The translations under genes and the position numbers were made by a program. DNA of 64,000 bases from Marsupella aquatica (Eukaryota > Plantae > Marchantiophyta). Below the pieces are notes generated by a model. That model was not told the origin of the DNA and ran no database searches. It saw nothing but the letters and a program-made list of their open reading frames with translations. Location: NCBI GenBank assembly GCA_973895155.1, contig OZ316894.1, positions 7,960,234 through 8,024,233 on the forward strand, read 5' to 3'. Below, piece after piece: positions 50,600 to 64,000 of this stretch. Each line of letters starts with the position of its first letter. Position 1 is the first letter of the stretch.

Positions 50600-50700
50600 T
50601 ATACACTCCACACCTCTCTTGTGTGCAGGGGGATTGAACCTAGGACCAGGGTCATCCCCTAGCCAAGTGACCTTAAGTCAGTCGGTTATTACACATATTT
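50600..50700 (-). other. Possible degenerate tRNA-derived SINE head
   Basis: Minus strand has a B-box-like GGTTCAATCCC preceded ~45 nt upstream by a weak A-box-like TAACCGACTGA. No cloverleaf, tail or TSD confirmed. Confidence 0.25.
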
Positions 50701-52557
50701 TCTATACTTGGATCTCTGAGTTTGTGCTACAAGAAATAGCGCCGATAATTTTGATTTTTCCAAATATTTGCTACAATGTAACGTTTGCCGTTCAAGATTC
50801 TCAAAACGAACGGCGTTGGCCTCAAGTTAGTGTGGGGGACTGGATACAATGTATCGATGTACTGCCCTCTGCTCCATATCCCCATAAGTTGTAATTCTGA
50901 GAACTATACTTCGAAGTACGAGACTCGCCACTCGGATGACAGTCCGTTAATAAATCTTTATGATCTCTGGGGGTGGAGCTCTGGCATACCGCAGAGGTCA
51001 GCTATCTGGTCATAGTTTAATAACTACTGTAGTTCTGTGGTCATCAGGTCAACAGGGTTGGCTATCTGGTCATCGATTGACTAGTTTTATGGTCATGAGG
51101 AAGGGTTGGACGATAATCTGAGCAGGCGGCACGAACGGACGCTCGAAAAGACCTAAGATTTTTGGTTGTTCTATTTCAGAAAACCCATCAATCCCATATC
51201 TCTTGCCTTGGAGAGCCCCCAGTCGATTTGTTCATTGTCACTGCCTGGCCCAGCAATCGATGCCGGCTTGAGCTCACCAGAGCAGACGAGTGAGTCCGCC
51301 AATCAAATTTTGTAATCCGACCAGGGGACCATCCGCCCAAGAGGCATGTTGCGATGGTATGTGGATTTAAGCTCCTGCGATGGCCTTTGCGCTACTGGCT
51401 TGGGCTCAGGGGTAGACAGAATTACCTCTCCACTCTACAGTAATCACGGTTGATTTCTGTATTCATTTCGAATGTCAGAAACTCGGAGTTTACGGTTAGT
51501 TGGAGGCTTGAGCTTCCATGCCACTAGCGCGAGAGCTCCTCTAATGGCCGCCGCTCTTAGGCACCCGCCATGGAAGGTTTGTCCAAAACACACTCCACAG
51601 ATTCTCTCTTTTTCGTGAGTTGGTCCTGTGTACTGTGTGATGTTGTCGTCGTTCTTGAGGAACGCGTGTCTTTGGTAGACAGAGCTGGAGGAAAAATAAC
51701 TCATCAGCTCCTGTAGTTGCGACATGGAGGCCGACTTGGTTTGTAGACCATCAAGTTGACAATCGAGCACTGGCATAGTAGAGTAAGTTTTCGCAAGGAT
51801 GTCGATGCAGCTGACACTCTTCTCATACTGGAAGCTCTTCAAGTTACCGTTTCGCGAGTTCCCTGTAGGGTGGTGATGTCGGTGACCGTCAAGAAGGCGA
51901 GTTCCTTCCGTCACCCTGGCCGACGCTGATAATGACGTTGGCCAAAGGTTTTTGATGTTGATCGACGTCCTGTTGCAAGTTGATGTCCTGGATGAAGCGT
52001 GGTGAGGAAGTGGCGTTATCGTGGCATTTTTCAGATAATTTTGGAACCCTGTCTATTGGTTTCAAAATCCGATTTTCAAAGTATCATAACGCTCCAAGAC
52101 TGTTCTTATGGCGGCTAATGTTGCACTTGAAGGAGATTTCCTACGATTCAACTGAGCGAGCAAAAACTGAAACTTGAGATCGAGTTGATTGAGAGAGTGC
52201 TGCAGTCAACTTCTGGAGATCACACATTTTATCCGTCTTACGAATTTTCAATTACCTGCAAGACACAATGTCGAGTTGGTCGAGAAGGTGGGGCTTGAGG
52301 AGAAGTCCACAAGCTTCCACAATTCGGAGCGACCTAGTTTTTGGACGGGTAATACGGAGTCTCGACCCTTTATTTGGCCGCATCGAAATCTGTGTCATTC
52401 ATTAGACTACTTGAGTACTGTTAGTAGGTATCTAGAGACCCGACCCTTAATTTGGCCGAATAGAAATCTGGGTCACTCATTCTAGATAAGTAGTGAAGTT
52501 GACAGACCCAGCGACTAAGATGAAATATATTGTGTCCCACAGTGATTCTTTGTTTGA

Positions 52558-55500
52558 ATGGCTCTGGAGATGAAACTTTACTGTCTCCTGTCATCTACCA
52601 TCGTGACTTAGGTGCGAGTTGTTCTTTCGTGCTGCTTGTCTAGTCCAGATAATGAAGGCGAAGTCATTATTGTTATAAATACTGACGGTCCCATTTGTCT
52701 GTGTGAACAGACCATTTTTGAATCGAAAGTGTTGGTGCATGAGTTGTACAGACCAGCGCGTTCTCCTGCCATGCAAAGATTGTTCTTCCCTGGTTTCCCA
52801 TTTGAGAACAACTCGGCTTTGTCAAATTTACAAAGTGAAGATGGGTCTTGTTTTTGGCCCCAGGCTTGGTTGCCTGAGGAGTTTCCCGATGCTCATATTT
52901 TGGCAATTACTTCGTCAGCTGGAGCCCTGGATACATTTGACATTGCAAAAAACATCATATCAGACGTACTTCACGAATACGCTGGACAGGTTCCTGGTTG
53001 TCCTCTCGTCTTGGTTGGACAATCCTTTGGGGGTCTGATGATCAAGTCGTTATGCAGCCTGGCCCATGAACAAGTCCATTCTATACAAGACTCCGAGCTC
53101 GAGGTCGCACTATGTAAAACTTTCCTCCACAACTTAAGGGGAATATTTTACTACGCTACCCCCCATCATGGGAGCTCCGCCATTGCAAACTTGTATATGA
53201 AAAATTCCATCCCGAGTCCAACGATGCAGTACTGCAAAATACTAAACGACGGAGCAGAACTGCTAAATGCACAGTTTGAAATGTTATCCAGTCAGTATGA
53301 GTGGCAAGTTGCTGCATATAGTTTGCCTTGCCAAATTTGGTATTTACTCGATGAACTCTTGCCTTCAGTAATTTCACTAGCCTTAGACGCAATGATGTAT
53401 GAATGACTCACAATTCGTGGCATTCTAACTATCTGTTATGTATTTGAATTGTCTCCACTGGTGCTTGTTCTTTAATATGGAAAGCAATGTTCCAGTGACA
53501 TCCACGACTTACGTTTGTATTCTTTAATATGGAAAACAATTTTCCATCAGTATCTAAGGTTGTCTAGCTCAACCAGGAACGTACAGGAAACACAGTCTGG
53601 AGCACATATCATTTGAATTTGGATGAGAATTCACTGTGGTTTTGAACATTTGTCTGAGCATTCCAACGAACCTCTGATGCTATAGGTACCAAGGCTTTAA
53701 TGTCCTTCTTTAGCTCTGCTTCTCTTTTTCTAGGGAATGCCAGAGTCTTCGTTTGGATATCATGTATGAATGATCTGAAAATTTACTGTGACAGAATCTT
53801 TCGGAATACACTGAACCATTTCAAGTTGTTAACCTTTGATACATCAAAGTACTAGTTTCCTCCAATATTGGTAGTTGGTATAATTTGTTGTAATTGGACA
53901 GGATTTCTACAACGATATTTTGTACCAGAGGGGTCAGTGAGGACGGGGGAAAGTCACGCAATTGTGGCTGGAGCGGACCACTCCTCGATTATTCGACCAA
54001 AATCGAAAATGTCCAGAAGCTTTACTGAGTTGACACAGTTCCTTCACATTATTCAAGTAGGATAACTCTGAGTATCATTTTGTGATGTCGTTATTTGGCC
54101 TGTTAAATGTTGCAACGTCAGCCAATTGACCATGAGGTGCATGTTGTCATTACTGTCTGTAACAAATTTCTAATTGAAATGCAGGACGAAAATAGTGATT
54201 GGGAATCAAGGGCAACTTCCGTTATTAGAAGAAATGACAACTTTCAACTTTTGCCGAGGAACATAGTCAACATCGGTTCGCAATTGCACGAGATTTCAAG
54301 GAAGTTGGAGGCCAGTAACATAGTTGGTTTGGTGGGTATGGGAGGATCGGGCAAGACTACCTTGGCCAAGGCAGTCTTCAATGAAATGTGCCCCAAATTC
54401 GAGTATAGTTGCTTTGTACATGATATGAAGATGCCCGTCACTACAATGGAGGAAGCGTGGAAACACATGCATTACCATGGCAGGAAGGTCAGCAAGGGGG
54501 CAACCTGGTTTGAATTGAGAAGAAAAACACTGCTGCTTGTTTTGGATGGTATATCCGATGAATGTGAAAAGCAAGTTGTACCGTGGCTAGTGAAATTGTC
54601 AAGTTCAAAGAGTCGATTCATTGTGACATCTCGAGATGCAGCCCTTGTGCGACACCTTGGCGCAGACGTATACAAGGTTCCCCTCCTCGACGACGAGAAT
54701 GCTCGACAACTGTTTGCGAGCCATGCATTTTTAGATCCGAATACAATACCCTTGAGATTGGGCCCTTCTGTGGACGCCTTTGTGAAGAAGTGCCAGGGCC
54801 TTGCTCTCGCGCTTAAAGTTTGCGGAAGGCACTTGAGGGGGAAGGAAAGTGAGCAGATGTGGGAGCAAACTTTACTAGCCTTAAATGGGCTCGCTGGGTC
54901 GGGGTTGGACGAGATATGGGCAACGTTAAGGATAAGTTATGATAATCTATCTTATCCTAGCCAACGAAGATTTCTTGATGCTGCAACTTTCTTCACTGTT
55001 CATGGAAGTTGGACTTTGGGTAAAGCTAAAGAAGTATGGAAGAAAGCTTATCATACTGATGCGTCACTGGTTTGGCAACATCTGGTGGACCGGTCACTGG
55101 TGGACGACGTGGAAGAGGATGATCATGTAAAGGTCCATGAACTATTGCGAAGTTTGGGGAAAAGAATTTCCGACGAGCCTGGAAATAAAGGCTCGCGCTG
55201 AGATGCTAATAAACAGTTGAGGCTACTAGGAAGTGCAGATGACTTGGATGATCAGGTGAGTTGAACATTGATCAATGCTGGAAAACTGTGTGCGCTAATC
55301 TTTGAAGTCTTGGAGAAGAATCCAAGTAGGATGCGTAGTTGGCCTTGTCTAACTTAAAACTTCGCTGAATTCAACTGAATAAACCTGATTGGTGGTGTGG
55401 TATTTAATTAATCGCAGTACATTAGTGCGCCCCGGCTGCACTACATTAGTGCCCCAATTGCGTACATAAGTGCGCCACGGCTGACTGCTGAGGGCGATGA

Positions 55501-57933
55501 TAGGAAGGATTCACCACACACAAGTACGACGCTTCATCGACTCAACAAGAAGCAAGACTTGGAAGTCTCCATTCCCGTAACAATTCATGGAGCGAAGGGC
55601 CTGGAGGACTTTTCGGACGTAGAGGAGTTAGTAGACTTTGCAGACTTGGGTGGCCTCAATGTGTTTTCAGACAGCTCAGGTGGCCTCGATGAGCCAGCGT
55701 CGCCTGCTGAGAGCGACGATAGCAAGGATAGCAAGGATACTACTTCACGCACAAGTACAACGCTTCATCGACGCAACAAGAAGGAAGACTTGGAAGTCTC
55801 CGTCCTCGTAACACTTGATGGAGCTAACGGCCTGGAGGACTTTTCAGACTTTGGTCGCCTTAACACTGCGAAACGCCTATTGATAACCAAGTTTCCTGGC
55901 TCCTCGCTCCTGGGCGATACCCGGCAACTTGTTGCGTTACAACAGTTGCAAATTCAAGATTGTTCGCATGTCAAAGAGCTTCCTGAGTCCATCGGGAAAC
56001 TCATAAATCTGAAACGCCTTGTCATATTGAATTGTCCTAGCTTATCAATGGTTCCAGAGACTCTTGGTAGTCTCACAGCTCTATGGCACCTGCGAATTCA
56101 AGATTGTGAGGGATTGAAGGACCTTCCAGGAACGTTGGGGCGTCTCTGTGGCCTGGAGGAACTCATTATATGGAACTGTTCTGGTTTAACAAAGATTCCT
56201 GATACTATCGGGCAACTTGGGGCGCTGCGGCACCTGCTCGTTCACGGTTGCAAGGGTTTGGAGGGTCTTCCACAATCCTTGGGCCAACTAGAAAGTCTAG
56301 AACACCTGGTTGTATCAAATAATCCGCGTCTGACGGAGCTCCGGCTCCCAATCGGGCAGCTTTGGTGTTTGAAACACCTGCAAATACAAGATTGCGAAAG
56401 TTTGGAAATTCTACCCGAAACCTTAAAGCAAGTTGAAGCTCTCGAATATGTGACGATATCGAACTGTTCGAATGTATCTACGTTTCTGACAGCTTATGGT
56501 GATGAACTCCTGGAAGCGAGAGTTCCTGCCAGTCATGGTCGTCTAACGCGTAGTCCTGCTGCTGCGCAACTATCCACAAGCGTGAAATCTTTTATAGCAG
56601 CACTAGAAACGGAAGGCCGAGATACCTATCTCGTAAGCACGGAGTGGCTACTAGGTTTACAAGACTACGAACAGGAGATTTTAGCATCAATATGTGTGAA
56701 AACAGGATATAGATTAACCTATCGAACTACGTCGAACACATATTATCAGAGGTACAGAACTGACGAACATGTACAGAATATAAACACTGGCAATGATGTA
56801 TCAACCACGGACGTGACAGATAAGTTTAGTAGACCTGGTGATGATGCAACGTCGTCTGGAGTATCTCAATTATGGTGACTTACTTACCGACGACCTTCAA
56901 TCCTTGCACATAGATGAAAGGGTTGATATCAGTGGTTCATCTGGTGTATTGAATTCAACTGAAGAAGGTGCGTTGGATCTATCCTACACTGCAACTTGTA
57001 GTAATGCATGATTCATTGTGATTAGTGCAATGGAAGCTGCACGAAGTTCTCTGATTGTGTGCTCCGGGTGTGTGCTAATAGATTTTATCCTAATTTTCAG
57101 GCATGAAATCTGAGGACATTCAAACATGTGATCCAAAATATCTGCAAGTGGATTGCTCTGCGTCAGAAGATTTCTCGGAGACATTGCTATCAGAGGTTTC
57201 TGCCCGCAGGCCGTTCGTTACAAAAGAGGTTGGTGACTGTTCTGTCACATTTCCAGATCACGTAGACCTTCCAATTTCAACAGTAGTTGAGAAGAATATA
57301 AGGATGCCATTTTATAAATTTAGCGCCACAAAGCAGATAGTAAAGGAGTTTCTCTGAGTTTTTGTAGAAACCACAGTTAGCTGTTGCTTGAGAAATGATG
57401 ATAATCCAAAGAAAGTACACGTGGAGATTTCAAGAATTAGAGGGGAGATCAAGTATGTGGACACAGCGGAGCCAAGGAACCATGACCTGTTTTTACAGTG
57501 CGTGCGTACCAACGTGAGGGCTGGTATAGATCACGGTGATCGCTATGAGTAGATCCGTCTGCGTTTTCGTGAGGTGGTGGGAGCTACAACGTTGTCTCGT
57601 TCAGGAATAAATCCTAAGATGAGTCGACCTGGATCAACAACTGTGGAGTTACAATGCCCGGTTGAAAGGACCCGAGAAATTCGTGGAGACCAGGGTTTTC
57701 TGTTTGACGATGAAGATCACCCTGCAATATTGGAGGGAGCTGTTAGAACATCTCTTAGTCAAGAATCGGTCTTAGAAGTGGACATCAGGTATCAGCTTGG
57801 ACTTACAACCGATGAGCCTTGCGAACCCATGCCAACAAGGGATCGACCTTTCTGTGGGATTATCTCCACATTTCCTGTCATTGATTTTGGTTGCATCATA
57901 AAAACTAAAACAAGAGATCTCCTTGTGTCCTGA
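52558..57933 (+). pseudogene. HNL-type NLR paralog 2 (alpha/beta-hydrolase - NB-ARC - LRR - C-terminal domain) with premature stops
   Basis: FWPQAWLPEEFP, LVGQSFGGLMIK, YATPHHGS; P-loop GMGGSGKTTLAK, kinase-2 LLVLDGI, RNBS-B FIVTSRD, GLPL-like CQGLALALKV, MHD-like VHELL; LRR 55860-56490. In-frame stops at 52609, 55199 and 57355; the last two are sense codons in paralog 1. Confidence 0.85.
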
Positions 57934-60095
57934 AGCACAGCATTAGAGATCTGTATACGGGTACAGTACCAAAGCAAAGGGAGTACGTCAGTCCTTTATT
58001 GGTTCTCAATGACTGACCGGCCTTCCTTTTTCTCCGCCTCCAAGGGAATCCCCCACCCAGGACGTATTTTTGTAGATAGATATTACATTCATTTCAATTG
58101 AGTTGAGTTGAGCTGGACCGTGAGTTGAGCTGAACCGAGCACTCACAACCCTTTTTGAAAAAGAGACTTTCCTGCCCTCCCTTCCCAGTCATTTCCCTGT
58201 TACTACTGTACCCAGAAGAGCATATTTCGTCCCAACTGTTGTACAGGAGGGCGGACTCTCCGTTTGGAAGCCTAGTGCATGCTTGTCAATGGACAGTTAC
58301 TTGTCCTGGTGGTGATTCCGGCATGGGCTAGTTCATCACAATTGCAACCTTTGCTGGAAATTCAACCGCAATTAATATTTCAGTTGGCACATCAAGCGGT
58401 ATTACGATCACTTCACCTTGACAATTGGCAACTGTCAGCATCTCACGACATATGAAATGATAACTTAGATCTCTCCCTAGATGTTTTCATTGTACTTCGC
58501 AGTTTTCTGGTGTAAGACGTGTGAATGTCCTGGGCAGGTCTTTAGTTACCAAATATCTCAAAAGTTAGAAAATCCGAGTTGGGTTCCAAGCACCCGAAAC
58601 CCCTTTCACGAGGGCAATGTCCTCTGAAAAGCACCTCGGGCTTTATCCAAGACAATGCCCTCATGAGAGAGCTTTACGATACAGATGAATATCATGAATG
58701 AGCAGTCCGTGGTAGACACGGAACGCAAATCGTCTTAGTTGATCCGGGAGTAAAGTAGACTATACATGACTTAGGTTTGCGTGATCACCTAGCTACCGGG
58801 TGTGATTCCGATAGACCTCTAACTCGACAGTGTATTAGTGTAACCCCTAGCTCATTAACCAGATGGTCTTCATTAACCTAAATTTGAGAGGAACGCAGTC
58901 GCCTAGAAGCAAACTAACGGTGAGAAGCCAGCAGCAGCCGTGTCTACTTCGTGTTTTGTGGTTCTCATTCACTACTAAGAAGGGGACAAAATACAACTTT
59001 GTCAGAACGAAGCATTTGAACTGAATCGCAACGTCACCCAGACAAAGGAAGAGTACAACGGGAAACGACCAAAGATGTTGCAGTAATCGAAAGCTCTATT
59101 ACAGACCAACACGGTGACCATCGCATATGCTTTCAATTGCCGAATGGGAGTCTTTTGCTTTCCAATTATGGTTACTTAGGTTCCAATTAATGAATGGAGC
59201 ATGAAGCAAGGTGACGGACCATGGTCCACTCTTGCCAAACTCTTGGCCTGCAAGCATCCAAGATATATAGTGCGATCGGTTGTGATTTGGCCAAGCGCCG
59301 TGGAAGAGACTTTGACCGTTGTAGAACCTAAATTGATTGCAATGCAACAACCAGTCTACGCATAAGTGTTATTCAATCAACTAAACCACGCTACATGGAA
59401 CGACGTTGTTGCAGTTTAATGCCTGAAAGACAATTATCATGAAGTCCTATCTTAAAATTACTTGTCAATCATCGTCGAGACTTTCATGACACTCGACAAC
59501 CAAACTTCCATAAAAAAATTGTTTGCAAGCTATATTTGCGTAATCCGTGGTTCCACGCCAGTCTTCTAGATCGTGTGGTCATACGGCAAAATGAGAACTA
59601 TGAACTTATCCGTGTGCGCTATGCCAGGGAGACTCCTATACAAAGCAACCATGCCACTCGCAGACTTGGATAATTGAACCAGCTTTCTTAGATGATCTCC
59701 ACAGGGATATATCGATCTTTGCCTAGATGCTCCTGTGAGCACTTCTACTAGACCGAACGAGACGGAAAGCATTGAGTAAGAAACAGCAACGAAAGCATCC
59801 TACAGCTCACCAAGCTGCCCCACTACTTCGGAAAGAATTACAGGTGGTCAGAGCCCGACTTCAATGGTTCTGACACTGCTGTCCCTGTATCATTGATCAA
59901 TTCAGCTGGGAACGGACTAGCAATCAATTCATGAAATTTATCCATTAGAGACCAAATCTTAAACCATCTTCATAGCACTATATATACATAAAATTGTTTA
60001 TTTATCAAAGGAATGGCAAGGGTTTTGGCAAATCCGTGGGCTGCATTTCTATCCTCAATGATGGTGCTGCGCAGTCATGTTCGCCTTCATAGAAA

Positions 60096-61509
60096 TTATG
60101 CACTTACTCGCCTCCACTTGTATTTAGTACCATCGACATATGCAAACTCTAAACCAGCTCTCTGTAGACCGTTTGCCAAACTGTCCCAAACCTCAGGGAA
60201 TCCTTCAATCTGTATTGCATCCTCCCTTTCTAGCCACAACCCCTGTCTCAGGTCACATCCATTCAAAATGTCTGCAACAAGTTTCCTGCAAGCAGTCTCA
60301 GCACTGTCCTCGATCGGAGGAGGTACTTTTGAGATTGTTGGCATTTCCTCCTTCATTGATAGTGGCTTCACGTCTTGAGAAATGAAGTCAACTAGTTTTT
60401 GAAAGCTGCTATGGTTTTTACAGTTCGGCTTACAAGCATTAAAATGGTCGCTTTCAACAGTATAGAAGGTATCTGAATCGGAGCGGGCCGATGCTTCTGT
60501 TACAATATGGGTATACCAACACAAAGCCTGCGCACATGTGAGATCAATCTTAGCATTACCAACAAACAAATTGAATTGTCAAGCAATCCAAAATTTAGTA
60601 ATTGAGAACTAAACGTACCACTCGCGTAAGGCCGGCTGCGAAAATAGTTGTTGTTCTGCAATTTGTGCCTTTCCGCCACAGTGCAAACAAAAAATTAAGT
60701 CTGCAAGCTTGTATGCTCAACACTTGTAGAGGATCCAATAAGGGGCCCAACAAACATGGGGGTAAGCATGTCATACAGCTTGCTAAATTTAAGCCATGAT
60801 GGGGTGTGGAATAATACAAAATACCCTTAAGATCACTCAAGAAAGCTTTGGCACGTTTGTTTTTGTCATTCCATGTTTGTTCTCTCATTGCTAGGATTAG
60901 TGCCTTGATGACCAGTCCTCCTGCACCATGTCCAACCAAGAAAATGGGACAATTCATTGCATATTCTGGAAGAATATCTTGCCATAAATTCTCTCCTATT
61001 TGAAATAAATCCATATGACCAGCACTTTCTGTCTTCAAGACGCTACAATCGTACAGAATAGATAAGATTTGGGACTTGGGATACTTTTCAGGAAGCCATT
61101 TTTGTGGCCAGCAAACACTAGGCTCAGTTCTGGACATCCACGATTGGACGTGTGGTTGCTCCTCCTTACTCCAATGCAGATCATGGAAGAAAATAAGTAC
61201 CATCCGGGGATCAGGTTGATGATTATGAAGTACATACACGGAACTATTTCGCTGTGAATCAATAGTGTCCTGTACATGATCAAGATTACGAAAAGACGTG
61301 AATCCTTCGGCTAAAAGAATTACACTGACACGGTCAAACCAAACACAAAGCACAGACAACAGAATTGAGGGGCAAGACGGTGTGTACAAACATATAAAAC
61401 CACCAACTCTAGAAGTGATTTGACATGCAAGTTTATGAGCACTCGAGAACTTACATTTTCTAGCAGCGGGATTGAACTGTCGGAAGTGGACGTGGAGGCC
61501 ATTCAGCAT
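60096..61509 (-). CDS. Stand-alone SERAC1/HNL-type alpha/beta-hydrolase-fold protein (~392 aa) lacking the nucleophile Ser
   Basis: Predicted exons 61509-61455, 61310-60619 and 60527-60096 (1179 nt, in frame, GT-AG). Motifs CWPQKWLPEKYP, FLVGHGAGGLVIK, YYSTPHHG, IVTEASAR..DHFNACKP. Confidence 0.8.
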
Positions 61510-64000
61510 GATAAACTTTCCAGAGAAATCCAATTATATTATGATTCTTCCGCTGAAGCGCGATCACGATAACTTGCGTTCCTAGAAAGAGTATCAACAG
61601 CTCTTATTCCATACTTTCAACAGCAAGAAGTTGGTGACAGTAAGGATGAGATCAAGCATACACGTATAATAACATGGGTCCATCGATCAGGTCACCTGAA
61701 TCCCATCAAGCAGCCTCGAGCACTCTCACGAAAACACGTATCTACAAAGACAGGTCAACTTTTCATTGTATAGCACATTGGAGACGCCATCAAGTTTGTG
61801 ATTCGTCTCATGTTTCGTCTCGACGAACTTCTTTGCTTCTGCTGGCCAAATTCATTTTAGACATTTTGAGGCAACCTTCTTTCAATCCAGCGACCTCACC
61901 CAACTGAAAAGATCACCTCGCAAAGTGTTCCCTATTCTGGTCGGTCTGGAGCTATCCCAACACTCGAACCAGAAACCTTCTACTCTTTGCGCTCCACTAA
62001 TTACCCATATAACTGTGACATTGAAACAGGAAGCTCTTATCTCCGCAACAATTGGTCCCTTTAATTCGCGCCAGCTATTCATTGAGCTCTGGGTCAGCTC
62101 CAACCATCCTAGCTTACCTTGATGACTTTCTCACTCCTGATTCCCCAAAGTCCACCTCTGTAACGAGCCGTTTCAACGTATCAGCACGTTGGTATTCTCC
62201 TTGTGAACGACTTCGAAGTGCCCGCTGCTCTCAAGCGCCTTTCCTACTATATAATGCAGGGCTCATCATTCCCTCAAGTAGAAGATATCTTGACTTGGGC
62301 CCGACCTTGCTCCGGCTCTCTAATCCGCAAATCCACCACTCCAATGAGCGACTTCAATTGGCAGACCAACTACGGGGCCTTCTCCTCTTATAGGGCTTCA
62401 TATGGCTCTCCTCTTCTCAGGCTCCTTCAAATTCTAACCCACAACTCCATGAAGGATCTTCATATGGCTCTCCTCTTCTCAGGCTCCTTCAATTCTAACC
62501 CACAACTCCATGAAGGATGAGCAACTCAGGTGCAGCAGCCCGTCCAACCTTGACCCAAGAAGAACAACAGAGCACAAACTTGGATTAGGTAGAATACACG
62601 ACTCGTCCAGGTTATTCAAAGAATAACTCGATTCACGGCTGGGGTCGTGCGGCCACAAGGCAGGAACTATTCCGAGCTTCCAACCATCTATCTTTCGTTA
62701 CATATACATCACTCGAATGTGTCAAAGGACAGCGCCGACATGAACTGCAGATGCGTGATGCCACTGTTCATCTGGGAGTCCTATTGCGAATTTAACGACA
62801 CTCCAGCCATTCAATCTACCTCTCGGATCAAAGCCTCTCTCTTTATGTTCCACTCCAGCCTTGACTTCACGATCAAAACTCGAGAGAAAATACAGGAAAA
62901 TTAAATGAGAAATGACGGGACTCTTATTGACAGTGCGACGCATGAAATGGGGACCAAAGCCTTAAGTTTGCCAAAGGGATGGTAGCAGTCCTACTGACAT
63001 TACATTATCACCGGTGCCAAGAATTGGTGCGTTGATGGTTCCTGTCCGAATATTTTGCCTAGGCCGAGAAAGGCGGTCGGAAGGTCTCGCGAGATCGACA
63101 TAAGCTGTCAGGGACCTCAGCCACTCTGCCCGTTGGCGCCACTAGTCAAGCGTGGCCCACTCTGCCACGGGTCTTGTGGGGGTGGGCCATGCATGGCAGA
63201 AGATAATACTGTTGGCTCAGGCTCGTGTATTGCCCCCAAAATCGTTTAGAGGGTGCCAATGTCTGTACATGAACAGCCCAGGCATCATTCTGTTCTAAGG
63301 GAACCCACGCCAACAACACAAATCCAACAACAAGTGATTATGGCACGTTAAATCGCCGTACATCCAGGATATAAACCAAGACACCTAGAGTTCAAATCTC
63401 TACTATAGGTTTTCTGGTGTAAGGAGCGCATTGTTTACGTACATTTAACGCACAGTCTAGCCACTCACCAAAAGAGACAAATCATATATGTCCCGAACTT
63501 ATGTCCGAAGACTGTACCAATCGAGGTGTTTAGTTCAAGTCAGGGTGGCATGTTTGCGCTGACAAGTAGGAGCAACTCGATTCAGAGAACGTTAAGGTTG
63601 GCAAACAGAAGTGGCGCGCACGCAGGTAATCTATTTCCGCGAGTATGTCCTGAATTAGCAGATATAATTCTCTGATTATTGATTAGTTCCATGGCCTGAG
63701 TTGGCATCCATGCACGTGGTTTCAAATTGAAGTTAAAGAACATCAAAGGAGTTTACAGGATCAGCACTGCAAGTTTTTTCCTCTTCAATCGTTACCTCGA
63801 CACGTTGCAAGAGCGACCTCTGCGTCTCTCGATCTCTCTTCGTGACCCACTCTATCGTGAACACAGGCGCAGCTTGGGACAGATTCAGGAAAAGTTTCTC
63901 CTTACCTATGCGAACGGGAAAGAGTAATTGCACTTTACATAAAATGGCATTGTTTACGTGTAGGCAAGGGATCGTATAGACAGTGTCAACTCTCGGGATA

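Noticed and set aside
51444-52485. ORFs upstream of HNL paralog 2 (and their duplicates at 43050-43660)
   Set aside because: Reading frames are not preserved between the two duplicates and have no recognisable motifs; treated as duplicated upstream DNA.
63380-63405. B-box-like GAGTTCAAATCTC
   Set aside because: No A box, cloverleaf or SINE tail found.

Overview
Eukaryotic (GT-AG introns), transposon-dense land-plant DNA. It is most likely from a liverwort, inferred from alpha/beta-hydrolase-NB-ARC-LRR (HNL) genes. (1) 1-~27.6 kb: a decayed Sola1-like DDD transposon region with a divergent gene pair, a ParB-like + beta-class N6A/N4C DNA amino-methyltransferase pseudogene (minus) and a transposase pseudogene (plus). 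(2) Nested between them, a complete 19.7-kb CACTA/EnSpm element (4438-24119, TCC TSD). It has an apparently intact TnpD, a TnpA-like gene, a 578-bp palindrome-bearing satellite and a stand-alone, intact EDM2-type composite PHD ORF. (3) An 11.1-kb Mutator-like element (30909-42017, 280-bp TIRs, 9-bp TSD) with two convergent genes, each hit by a small CCCTGGG-ended element with an 8-bp TSD, and a dense short motif that flips orientation mid-element. (4) Two tandem, degraded HNL immune-receptor genes, flanked by hydrolase-only genes; the complete one lacks the catalytic Ser. Best candidates for new biology are the transposon-borne ParB-methyltransferase and the CACTA-borne EDM2-like histone reader. 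All family assignments come from motif recognition by eye, not from database searches.
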